64,000 nt of DNA from Monocercomonoides exilis PA203 (Eukaryota; Protista; Preaxostyla), in NCBI GenBank assembly GCA_001643675.2, contig LSRY02000028.1:310001-374000 (forward strand), given 5' to 3'. The notes under the pieces are model-generated. The model had not been told where the DNA came from. It ran no database searches and worked only from the letters and a program-made list of their open reading frames with translations. How positions within the stretch are numbered: position 1 is the stretch's first letter; every line of letters starts with the position of its first letter. Positions 1 through 11,435 of this stretch are shown here, piece after piece. The position numbers were made by a program, and so were the translations under genes.

Positions 1-409
1 ATTGTATAATATCAAAAACTGAACAATTTGTAAACTTCGATCATTAAGTGAACAACAAAATATAATAAACCTAACATCAAAACCTTTATAAAGAAAAATA
101 AAAATAAAACATACTCAAAAATGAATAAATCAAACATATATAACTGGTTTATGTGAAAGAACACATTCCCAACTAACTATTTGACGTGTTGCAACAATAA
201 AAACAAAATCTACATTTTCCAAATTATTTGACTTGTTCAGAAAAAAATGAACAACATACAAATTATAAATTAAGAAATAATCAACATATCAAAAAATTTA
301 TAAAAACAAACTGCTCTGTTGCAGAAAACACAAAAAACCTCCAAGAATTTCGATCAAAATTGATATATTATTTTTATATTTTTGATCACAAATAAGATTG
401 ACTGAAAAC

Positions 410-501
410 CGAATTGATTAATTCAAAACCAATAAAATAAACATAAAACGTTTTGACTTAATCAATTCGAATTGACCCGCTCAATTCGTTAAAGGTCAAC
501 T
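410..501. repeat. Tandem hairpins; probable right end of a DNA transposon extending left of the window
   Basis: CGAATTGATTAATTCAAAAC (410-429) and GTTTTGACTTAATCAATTCG (450-469) form a 19/20 inverted repeat. A second hairpin follows, CGAATTGA-cccgc-TCAATTCG (468-488), and the segment ends ...CAACT then AAT. The right end of the 4934-11429 element has the same architecture. Confidence 0.5.
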
Positions 502-875
502 AATTAGTGTGTAAAAAACCCGGACATGTAATAAACCCGGAACTCGATAATTTTTTGTTTTATTTTTTTTTCTGAAGAGTATTTTTCATGTCTTATCAAC
601 CAATTGTCACGTTACCGCTTTTATAATTAAAAGAAAACTTTCAAACATCGCATTGTTTCAAAAAAAAATAAGAAAAATTTTGAAAAATTAAAAAAAACTA
701 ATTCCACACTCATTCATTTAAAAATAAACATAACAAAAATATAATTTGAATTCCAACTTAACTGAAAATTATACTTAAAAAAATAACATGTTTTTAAATA
801 GTTAGAAAAAAATTTATAAAAAAACGCAAAGCGTTTGATTTTGATAACAATAATCAATTTCTCACCAATGGTTTG

Positions 876-1630
876 TTAAAAAAACACTTGAAATTTTTCA
901 AACAACATGAATAGAGAACAAAATTTGCACCAAAGGACAAAGAAAAGACTCAGGCTTTTCTTTAATTTTTGATCATTTTTGTTTGATGCAACAACAAGGC
1001 TTGGTATAACTTCAGGAGTTGTTAAAAACACTTCTTCCAGATTGAAAATACATTCCGATTTGTACTGATGCTCATCAAATAAATATCTGTCTTTTTTCAA
1101 ACCAAAAAAAGGCATTCCTTTGTTGAATGAGAAGCTATCTCCACTGATAAATGGATTGGATGGACAAAGAAAAGGTACTCGTTCGAATTGATAAAAGAAT
1201 ATGACCAAGTGTAGTATACATGTTTACTCTGAGTTGGCTTGTGTTGATCTTCAGCTATGTATTAATGAGGCAATAAACTCATAACAAAAAGATATAAACA
1301 CAATACTTAAAAAAAAGAAAGAAAAATCCAACTATGTCTCTCACTTGTTTTGCACACGGAAAGGCGCCAAGTTGTATTTTATCTTTAATTTTTGAGAAGA
1401 ATGCAGTTTTGTTTTGCTTGTTCAGAATTGGGGGGTCTTCCGATTCTGCTAATGTCCCTTCCTTCCTTCCTTGCCTTTGCTGCACGATAGAAACTGCTTT
1501 TCGTAACTAATCCGTTCTTTAAAAATATTGTTGGCCTAAACTTCTTCGATTCCATTTCATCCAACAATTCAAGCAACTTCTCTTCCCTGTCAACTGCATT
1601 GATTGCAATGTCATGGTTATCTTGCGTCAT
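876..1630 (-). pseudogene. pogo/CENP-B-like transposase remnant (HTH + CENP-B HTH + start of DDE_1 domain)
   Basis: Frameshifted pieces join as KSSFYRAAKARKEGRDISRIGRPP / ILNKQNKTAFFSKIKDKIQLGAFPCAKQVRDIV, a short intron, then ...YYTWSYSFINSN... and YKSECIFNLEEVFL (cf. pogo IFNxDET). It is truncated soon after. Confidence 0.55.
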
Positions 1631-1949
1631 TGAATCATTCTCTCCTTCGACAGCCTTTTGATTGAATCTTCTCCATTATCTTCCTTTTCTAAATATTCAT
1701 CCATTATTTCATCATCGCAAAAACAAAGCAAAGGGGGAATATCAACAATGATTTGATAAAGGTTCTTTTATTCGTTTCCATTAAAAAAATATCATAACTT
1801 TTTTTGAAAGAAAATTCCAATCGATTATTTTTATTTTTCAACTTGAAGAAGTGTTCAGTTTATGCATAATCATGCAAAGTGAAATGTGATAGATAAATAT
1901 GATTAACTCATTTCATAAAGACAACTTTTCGTTGGCGCATGAAACTGGG

Positions 1950-4409
1950 TTTGTAACAGAAAGATTTTAAGGGTTCAGAAGCTGCAAAGCCAGCTGGTTG
2001 ACGGAAGAGCTTAGGGAAGGAAGCTGATGAAGTGGAGGAGAAGGAGATACAGAAGGAGATACAGAAGGTGCCAAAAGAGATAGAGAAGGAGTTGATCCGG
2101 TCGAGGGATCAGCAGAAGTGAGTGGAGGTGGAATTGGAACAGAAGAAGATGAGAGCTCGGCTAATGCTTATGAAGAGATTGCATCTGATTTCTGTTGGAC
2201 TGCACTCAATGAAGACACAGAATTCTACTCCTTATGAAGTGTAAGTGAAGAAAGAGGCAAAGATGATGAGTGTGTTCTCCTATTCGCATAGTCCACATTC
2301 ACTGTCATTTGCTCTATGAACATCTTCCGCTGCGTAGACACAACAGCTGCTTTGCGGAATCCGTTAATCCTATTCTTGTCTGCCACAAACAGAAAGCCTC
2401 CGACTGTTCCTTGAAGCTGCCTCTGCTGCTCAGAGGGCACGATAATATCGTTGGAGGGATCAGAAAATGGATTGATGCTCATCTCAGATGAAGAATTGTT
2501 ACTTCCTGTTTGATTCTTATTTGTTTGATGTGAATTGCATCTTTCACTGAAAAGAGTGGTATTTGTATGGAAATTTCTTCCTCCACAGACATTGTGGGAG
2601 CACACGAAGTCGCATCCATTTGCATCTGAATCGCACACCATCATTTCTGAGGACATACACAGCAAAGCTAACAAGAGGGAATCTTCATTTCAAAGTGCTC
2701 TTTTCAGCTCTCCTTCTTCTACAGTCGAGAAAAAGTCCTTTCTCTCTGCAAAGTCACCTTCTGTTTCGAGGAGAGAAAGCACGTCAGGCGGAAGAATGGA
2801 AGCAGGAAAGCTCCTCTTTTGCGCAGCGCTGATGATGCGGTGCTCGAAGGAGGTTTGTTTGATAGCGTCGGAGAGGAGAAGGAGGGCATCGCGGACAGAA
2901 GAAATGGAGCGGTAGGGAAATGAAGGTGAAATAGAAAGAGGGGATAAGAGCATTGGGAGAAAAAAAGTGGAAGATACATCGATGTTGGTGGAAGAGATGA
3001 AGATGATGAAGCAGACTGTGGATAACCCAAAGCACTGCTTTTCCCCGCCAGCCTCTTCTGTGCCAAAGAAGTCATCGCCTTGTAAAATGCAAGTGGAGAC
3101 AGGATCGGGTTGACTGTATCGACCAGCATATTGAACACATTCTGCGGGCAGCTGGTAATGAAACCTTCGTCCATCATCGTCGACATCAGAGACGATGGGG
3201 CCGCACTGTCTGCCTCGCTGATCTTCCGAATGCGGTCGCCGCTGAGAATCCAGCCAGCACTGCTGAGCAGCTGAGATGGCAGCTGGCTGCTGTTTGTGGC
3301 GTTCATGCCGTGCTGCTTGGCTGTCTTGCCTGCTCTGCTCTCCTTCTGCTGTGATGCAAAGGAGATGATTGGAGTGACCAACAGCTCGATTTCCTTGGTG
3401 AGTGGAGAGAGGAGAGGGAAGAGAGCAGACTGGCAGATAGTGGGGGAGGAGGAGAGGACAGACAGAGGCAGGGCAGTTGTGTCTGAGGCAGCTGCATATG
3501 CACCTGTGTTTTGAGAGCTGTTGGAGATACCACACAAGTTCTGAATCTGATGTGAAGAAAATGTTGGAGCACGGATGGGTTTATAAGCATGTGATAATGA
3601 TGTCTTGAATGATGATGAAGAAGAATAGCTTGTTCTATCTGCACCGCAATGCCCATCTTCTGCTGAAAGCGTAGCGAGCGTTGTGATCTTCTCATATTGA
3701 TAATCGAACTGTTATGTGTGTGCCTTGAACCCAGGACTTTGTGCCTCGTCGACCTCACTAAGTGTCTCGAAAACTGCCACTGCTCCGTCAATGCCTTCAA
3801 TTCTGTCTGAAGGTGTTGGCGGGATTGGCTGCAGCCTACTTTCCGAATAAGAATCGACCGATTTTCTGAGAGGAGATGCAGCAGCATGTACAGAGAGAGA
3901 CTTATGCGCAGAGAGGGAGCTGAGGAAGGCAGAGGGAGAGTTGTGTGAGTTTGACTGCTTAGAGGGAGTGAAGGAAGAGGGGCTGTCATCATCTCCGGGA
4001 GGTGGGGCGTGTGATGAAGAGGGGTAGATGGAAGAAGAAGAGGAAGAGGTGGAAGAAGAGAATGAATGAGGAGAAAGAGGAATGGGAGATGGAGAAGGAG
4101 GTTGGGATTGGGGAGTGGGCATCTGACAGAAGATTGTCTGGGGTGGAGAAGAGGGGAAAGAAGAAAATGGCAGGTTGAGGGGTGGTGAGTGAGTAGTTTG
4201 TGAGGGCGAGAGATGCATGTGTAAAGAGGTAAAGCGGAGATTTTGGTGCTGGATTGACATGGCAAGTGGAGGAATAGATGGAGGCAGCTGAGTGGTGTTG
4301 TGCAGTGTGGAGAAGACAACCGCAGAGAGGGATGATGTTGAGATCGTTCACGCGCAATAAGATGTTTATGATAAAGAAACTTGTTATCACACAGGCTAAA
4401 TAATTGCAA
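1950..4409 (-). pseudogene. Disrupted Ser/Pro-rich host-like gene fragment inside the transposon
   Basis: GC-richer, coding-like block. ORFs 3303-4409, 3712-4260, 2719-3537, 2690-3535 and 2225-2674 chain together through frameshifts and in-frame stops. No family recognised. Confidence 0.5.
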
Positions 4410-5132
4410 ATTGGATTTTCAACTTCCCTGCGAGAACATTTCAGTATAGACTTTTGATTGTTTAAAACTGGAAAGAATTCGTAACGTTATAATCAATAAA
4501 AACATTTATAGTTGCGAATATTTCATAAACAATTAGAATATTTAATTCCAAACTAAATAATGATATGAAAACAATTTATACTTAACAAACTTGTTGATTT
4601 TAATTAAAACACATTTGTACATTCTTCTACATGAATTGTGGTGAATAATTACATCTGTTGTTTTTGCGTTTGTTTGGATTCATCGAAAAATAGAATGAAA
4701 AATTTGAAAAAGCAATTATCAAAGAATAAGAAGTAAGTAAATAAAATAAAGAAAGAATATAACTTTCAATCAAATGAACTGTTGAGATTTGAGTTGTTTT
4801 ACTCAAATTTGTTTTTATGAGAAAGAAAACTCACAAAAAACATTTTTCTTTAAACTGAAAATGGGATTTATTTTTTATTGATCTTAAATTATAATTAAAA
4901 AGGGAATTATTCCCGGGTATTTGACACGCTAATAGAACTTGATTGATTTGACTGCATCAAGTGGCATTAGATCGGTCAACATTTAATAAGATCGATCTAA
5001 TGCCATTGAGACTCAGTCAAATTGGATGTGACTCATTCACATCCGATGTTTTCAATTCTGGGTGTGATGATCACTTTTAAAAAATATCTTTAAAGGGTCA
5101 TTTCACTTGCTTGTTTCTGTTTTTTTCACAAA

Positions 5133-6864
5133 ATGTCACAATCAACTTTTTTAGACATATTAGAGAGAGTGGAAAAGAGAAATGCTATCACTGCACCAGT
5201 GCACATCACTCATTCACCTGCGAAAAAACCCCTCATCGAATCTGCTTGCAAATATATGAAAGTTGATAAAACTCATGCATTTTTCCGACTCACTGGATTT
5301 GCTCGTTTTGAATTCGATTTGCTCTATCAGTTATTAAGTAAAGAAATCCCTCTTCATCGTGGGAAAGAAAAAACAATTGAAAAATTTAAGGATCAACTCT
5401 TTCTTCTTTTGAATTTTTTGCATCTTGGATCAACATCCTTCACTCATTTTCTCGTTTCCTCTTTTTATGAAACACAAAATTCAACAATAAAATTGCTTCA
5501 CAGCATTGTTCAAAATATTAAAGTCAATCTGATCGATTTGTTCATCACATTTCGACCAGATAGATTAGATGATATGAGAGATGTGGGTGTTGTGGTCGAC
5601 TGCACAGTTCTTCCAATAAACAGACCAGCTGGAAGCTTGCAGTTTGGAACAAAATTCTACAGCGGGAAACATCATATATACTGCGTAAAGGCTGAAATTG
5701 GTGTAAACCCGCGCACCGGAACAGCCAGCACTGTCAGTTCCATTCATGCCGGCTCAACGCATGACTTTTCTATCTTCAAGGAGCATTTCCCACAATTTAA
5801 GGCGCAGCTTGGAGGCTCAAAGGTGCTTGCGGACTCGGCATACATCGGAGCGAGGGCTGATTTGGATGCATATATTACGAAACCTGTCGGAACTCCTCAG
5901 CTAGCATCGCGGTGAGTAATTGTTGAGCGTTATTTTGGTCGTTTGAAGACTCTCTTCGCTGTCTTTCGCCACAATTTGCCATTTCAGGTCGAAAAGATTG
6001 CTGACCACTTCATTGTTACATGCGCACTGACAAACTTCCACATCCCACACAACCCATTAACTGGACTTGACTGCGAAGCCAATCAGAGGTTCATCAATGA
6101 ACTATACCTAATTACAACAAGAAAAACAGAAGCAAGGAGACTTGTCAGCGATCGATATCGGGCGAAACTTAAGAATAGGCTTAACCCAGAGGCCTCTCCA
6201 ACTTCAAGAATAACAGTTCTGCTTGCGGAAGAAGCTTGTGTACTTTTTTATTTTCTACCCATATGTCATAATTTTTTTTAAAAAGTTCCTTTTGTTTAAT
6301 TTTCGAAAAGATATAAATTTCATATTTCGATCACATTTCTGTTCCAACTTTCCAAATTTCAATGTCATGAAAGCTAAATATTGACAATGTTTATTCTTCC
6401 ATTTTAGTGAAGTTTCGTGAGAGGGAACAGAAATATGATCGAAATATAAAATTTTAATTTTATTAGAAAATTAAATATAAGGAACTTTCCAAATAAATTT
6501 TGACATATTATTCTTTAAAACGTTTAATTTCTTCTTTTTCATATTTCAATAACCATAACTATCTTTTTCAGGTGATTCTGATGACCAACAAACCCAAAAT
6601 AGTGAAAAAGAAGAGAAAGAACAAGAAAAAGAAGAAAAGAAAAAGAAAAAGAAAATTTCTATTGAAGAAAAAGAAAAAAGAAATGAAATTATTATGTTGA
6701 ATAGTGAAAATGATGAAATAGAAGATGAAAGAAATAATGTTGTTGGCACATGGTTCATTCCGAACCAATGGAAAAGTCTTCGCCTTCTTCAACAATCTTC
6801 TTCTTCAACTTTTCCTTCTTCTTCATGTTCATCATCTGATGAGAAAAGAAAAAGAGAAAGTTAA
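5133..6864 (+). pseudogene. DDE_Tnp_4 (Harbinger/IS5-like) transposase with one in-frame TGA; probable intron 6238-6571
   Basis: Motifs FFRLTGF, VVVDCTVLPINRP, FYSGKHHIYCVK, GSTHD, VLADSAY, then R*VIVERYFGRLK (TGA at 5913-5915, in frame with ORF 5943-6281) and TCALTNF. A charged exon 6572-6864 follows the acceptor CTTTTTCAG. Confidence 0.85.
6261..6508. mobile_element. MITE-like hairpin element in the transposase intron
   Basis: Ends ATATGTCA...AAAGTTCC and GGAACTTT...TGACATAT, with long imperfect inverted arms (TTTCGATCACATTTCTGTTCC vs GGAACAGAAATATGATCGAAA). Confidence 0.7.
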
Positions 6865-8322
6865 TCGCCTTTACAATCTCTTTTAGCAAATATATAATGA
6901 GTTTTTTCATATTTTTTTATATAAACATTCACCTTCATCACCTTTTTTGATAATCACAATACACTTTTGATGTTTGAGATAATATTTGTTTTTGTGGTTA
7001 TTAAACATACTTAAAAATATAAAAATTTTTGATTGAAAATTGTTTTTAACTATTTAAAGCTTAAAATAAAAAATGAAAATATGAAATGAATGAAAATGAA
7101 CATTTAAAAAAACACGTATATGCAAATATTTAAAAATACATTCAAATATGGTATTACTGTTGTTTGATTTGTGAAAAAGTTGGAATCCTTTCAGAAAATA
7201 CATAAAAACTTGTTGCAAATACATAGTATGAAAAATAGATAATACAGATTGTGTATAAAATACCGAACATCGCAAAAAATTCCGGACAACTTTAACTATA
7301 AAGGGTTTTGATAATCTTTCAATTTTTGAAAAAAGAACCTGTATATAATAAAATAATTTGAGTCAACAATCATTTACATTCACATTTCAGATAAGTTTCT
7401 TTTGATTGAAACCCATTAAACATTTTATTTTTCATTTCATTTGCTTTTCCTTGAATTTATCTTTAAATTACATTGCTTGTGAATAATAGCAAGAAATAAA
7501 TGTTCTTGATTCAAAAAATATGCAAGTTAAACATTGTTAACTCAATTTATTTATCCATTTTGATAATGAAATGAAACAAGAACATGAAACAGATATTTTT
7601 GCAAACAATACATAATGTTCAAGTGAAAATGCACATATGCAACATTTGTTTTCAAAATAACAAAATATATAACTAAATACACAACAAAAATATTAAAAAA
7701 TAATACGGATCAAATAACAATAAAAACTCATTCAAAGATTAAAGGATCATAAGTTTGAAAGCAACATCAACATGAAAATACGCATTGTTATTCATAAAAA
7801 GCAACACAAAAATTAGTGATTACAAAGAAATCGGACAAAATCAACAACTCAAAACAATCGTGATTAAAAAAACGATAAAAAATAGATAGAATATACCATT
7901 TGAATTTATATTGTTAACTTTAAAGAATTATTCAAATACTAACAAATTTGTTCACTTGAAATTATTGTTTTCAAGCGAATGAGAAAAAAATTATTAAAGC
8001 ATCATAATTGACAAATAGAAATAAAATTTGTCGCAATGCAATCCATAAAGCAAACCTTCAATTAGTTTGTTTTATATCTTTTTCCGCCTGTTGCACTAAA
8101 GAATATAATAAAAGAAAGCACAAAAAGTTGAACATAATAGAGATCATCAATACCATTAATTAAATATCAAAAAATATGATAATATATTTGTTAATGTTTT
8201 TTTGAAAAATATTTCTTTCTGATTATTTGAAGTATAGAGTACGGAAAAAATAAATATTTTTGAACGCCAAACATTGAAGAAAAAAGCAAAACTGAGTTTT
8301 GAACATCAAAAACGAACAATTA

Positions 8323-9540
8323 TCACAAAACTTTGAGAAAAATTTTCTGGATAACATAACAGTTCACTTTCTTATCATTATTCAATTCACTTCTTTTATT
8401 ATATTCCACTTCATCATATCCTTCATTCGCATTACGCGAGGAATGTGAAATTGAAAACAACAAGAAGATTGATTTCACATCTGAAATTATTTCAAGATTT
8501 AATTCAACGATGTGACAAGTCGATTTGATATAATAATAAGCAATCGTGTTTAATATTTCTCCATCTATGCTGATAGCGCAACTTTTCAAAATAGCTTATC
8601 ATTTTGAAAACTTGATTCGATAACTGCTGTGTTTGTTCAATTAAAGCTCAATGAGACTGCAATTTTTATAAATTTTATTTCCATCAGAATGGCTTGTCAC
8701 ATTGAGTACATTTCTGATTGCTTTTCCTTCTGTTTTGCACATTATTTTTGAAAGATTATCCAACTTGCCCTTTTAGAACATAGACCTTCAAACACAGAAG
8801 AACACCAAACAATCTTTGCCTGATGTTCTTTTCCTTTTTCAGAAGTCCTATCACATTGTGCGCACTTCTTCAGTGTATCTTTAATTGTCCACAATTCAAT
8901 GCCTCGATTCCAGGCTCAACTTCCTCGTAAACTTTGTCAGCAAAAGATCAGTTGAGAAACACAAGCAAGCCAACAATTCAATCTCGGAATTCTTCTGTTC
9001 TGTTGTTCCCAACAATGGAGTTGTTATTTTGATGGATGCTTTGCATAATGAAAACAAAGGCTCTTTAGTGCAAACAACAAGGGAATCGCACACAATATTC
9101 TTACCTCTTCCGACAAATACCTTGTTGCCCGAAAACACAAAATTATTGATGAAAAGAAGAAGACTTACACTTTAAACACATAGTTGTTCTTGATAACGAG
9201 TGCTTCGCCTTTTCCGCGGGTTGCACTTTCACCTACGTCCTCACTCACATTGCACACGATGAAGGTGGTGTAGCTCACTGCAAACGAGTTGGTAGTGGCA
9301 GATGAAGCGAATGAGAAATGCCCACCATTTGCAGCTGTTTGCATGTTCAACAATACTGATGTGATGCTGCTCGCAGGAAAAGTGGCGATGGAGAGGGAGA
9401 GGGTGAGTGTGATGAGGAATCTTTGACTTTTTAAAAAATGGTAGAAGTGTGAATTTGATCACGTGATGATGAAAGAGAGGATAAAAAAAGAGAGAAGAAT
9501 AAAGAAAAATGTTAATAAGAAAAAGAAGGAGATTCAAATA
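8323..9540 (-). pseudogene. Degraded host-gene fragment, possibly a beta-helix surface-protein-like sequence
   Basis: Broken ORFs such as NGGHFSFASSATTNSFAVSYTTFIVCNVSEDVGESATRGKG and FSGNKVFVGRGKNIVC in a GC-richer island inside the AT-rich element. Confidence 0.35.
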
Positions 9541-9749
9541 CAGCGATTATGATCATGTTGATAGTGAAGAACAACGTGACAAAATGGAAGAGAATAAGGA
9601 GGATAAGCACATTAATGTGAATAATGAGAAAAAATTTAAACTACTATTCACGAGAATCAAAATTTGTAAACTTTGTTCTTTTTCACAATTCTATTCATTT
9701 CTCTGAAACTTCATATTTTTTCAAACTTTTTTATTTATTTAATTTTTTA

Positions 9750-9983
9750 AATGAAAAATTTTTTTGAAAAAAATTTTGTTTAATTTTCAAATTTTTGAAA
9801 TTCAATCGATCATTTTCTGTTTTTCACCAGATTTCATGAGAATGAATATAACATCATTGTCAATATTTTATTTTCATAACAGCAAAATTTGGTAAGTGGG
9901 AACAGAAATTTGATCGAAACATGAAATTTTTATTTTATTTGAAAATTAAACAAAAGGAACTTTTCTAAAATAATCACCCATAT
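9750..9983. mobile_element. Second, inverted and more degenerate copy of the 6261-6508 MITE family
   Basis: 9857-9964 closely matches the reverse complement of 6281-6390 and ends ...AAAATAATCACCCATAT. The left boundary is approximate. Confidence 0.6.
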
Positions 9984-10758
9984 GAAAGAATATTTGCTTT
10001 CAACTTCGAATCGAATTCAAATACTTCAATCTCTTTCTTATTCATTTGAATTTTCACATTTATTTCTCCGACATTCATTTTTATTATAGTATGATACTAT
10101 AAATAAATTTTGAGTTAAGCTTGCATCAATCAACAATAGAGTTAGTTTGTTTCCGCAAAAATAAAACAAAGCAATAATTTTCATTTTCAAAGTCAAAAAG
10201 ATTGAATGTGAAAGAAACTTTTCTCTTAAATAAATTGCCGATATGATAACTTAACATTTACACAACAACTTTATTAAATAACAATTTTCCATCAGTGAAA
10301 AAGAATTATCATTTAAGTTTCATTTCATTTTCAGATAAAAAACGTTTATGTGAAGCGATAAATTTGGATAATTATTGAAAAAATAATGCAATGATGACAT
10401 TATTTGTTGATTCATAAAACAAGATTGAAGCTATTTCGCGATTAATCGTTTCATGCCTATTGCATAGTCAAACATCCTCTTTAATTTTCTTTTCTTTTGG
10501 CAATATTCATTCTCCACTTGATTCAATTCCCTGAACACAAAGAAAACGAATAAATAAATTATGTATATAAATCAAAAACAGAAACCGGTTCTTCACTGTT
10601 TTTGAGTTATGTGCAACTTTTTCGAATTTTTAAAAGTGTTGGCTTCCGTTTTCAACAGTTTCATTTCATTTTTTAAATGTTGAATTGCAAGAAATGATTT
10701 TTTTATTCAGTTCAATGACCCATAAAATATTACTGCAACAAATATTTCAAAAACCAGT

Positions 10759-11023
10759 ATATGGGTGACTATTTTTGAAATCATAACTTTTTTCGGGATA
10801 TTAATATTTTCAAATGTTATTGACCATCTGGAAGAGATTTTGAATTCAAATGCTGAATTCATCACAACTGTTTTAAAAAAACATATGTGAAAGCTAAAAA
10901 AAGACGAAGACCTTTTTAAAATGCCTGTTAACTTTTCAGTGTTCATTTGCTGATATTCTCGGATATTTTTCTAACTGAAAATTTAGATTGAAGAAATATG
11001 ATTTCAAAAATAATCACCCATAT
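10759..11023. mobile_element. MITE with ATATGGGTGA termini
   Basis: TIRs ATATGGGTGACTATTTTTGAAATCATA (10759-10785) and TATGATTTCAAAAATAATCACCCATAT (10997-11023), 26/27 match. Confidence 0.8.
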
Positions 11024-11435
11024 CTTCATACAGAGCTGAATGTATCAATCAAATGAACACTTACAAGAAATTACTTTGAAAAATTCTTTTTGATCTAACC
11101 TTAATTTTAATTTTTGCCGGTATTTTTTGCGATGTCCGGTATTTTATACACAATATGTAGTGTAAAAACTGATCAAAAATGGCTTTTATAATATCTAATA
11201 AACACACAAACCAAATTCTAAAACACAACTAAAAACATTGGAAAAGAAATTAACAAAACAAAAAAAGTTAAGATCACAACACTCAAAACAAATTTAATTG
11301 ATAATTCCGAAGCTGAAAACATGTGAGATTGAGGGAAATTCGATTAAAAAAAGAGAAATTCAATAAACCATACATAAATCGATTTGACTGAGTCACATTT
11401 TCGCGACTCAGTCAAATCAATCAAGTTCTAATGTG

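Larger units (their letters stand above)
507..4929. mobile_element. Degenerate pogo/Tc1-mariner-like DNA transposon carrying a cargo pseudogene
   Basis: Imperfect terminal inverted repeats (A)GTGTGTAAAAAACCCGG (506-523) and CCGGGTATTTGACACGC(T) (4913-4930), 15/18 match. TA lies on both sides (505-506, 4930-4931), AAACCCGG is repeated subterminally, and there is an internal pogo-like transposase remnant. Confidence 0.65.
7245..11157. mobile_element. Non-autonomous Tc1-mariner/pogo-like TIR element nested in the Harbinger-like element
   Basis: 41-bp TIRs at 7245-7285 (CAGATTGTGTATAAAATACCGAACATCGCAAAAAATTCCGG) and 11117-11157, 38/41 identical, with a TA duplication at 7243-7244 and 11158-11159. 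Confidence 0.85.
4934..11429 (+). mobile_element. PIF/Harbinger/ISL2EU-like DNA transposon with nested insertions
   Basis: Perfect 21-bp TIRs AGAACTTGATTGATTTGACTG (4934-4954) and CAGTCAAATCAATCAAGTTCT (11409-11429), a 3-bp AAT duplication (4931-4933, 11430-11432), and a DDE_Tnp_4-type transposase gene. Confidence 0.9.

Noticed and set aside
5912-5920. GTGAGT over the transposase TGA looks like a splice donor that could remove the stop
   Set aside because: The conserved VIVERYFGRLK motif follows immediately in frame, so an intron here would delete the catalytic Glu region.
6281-9964. Inverted similarity of 6281-6390 and 9857-9964 as long TIRs of one MULE-like element
   Set aside because: Each copy is a self-contained hairpin MITE, there is no shared TSD, and such an element would straddle the boundary of the 7245-11157 element.
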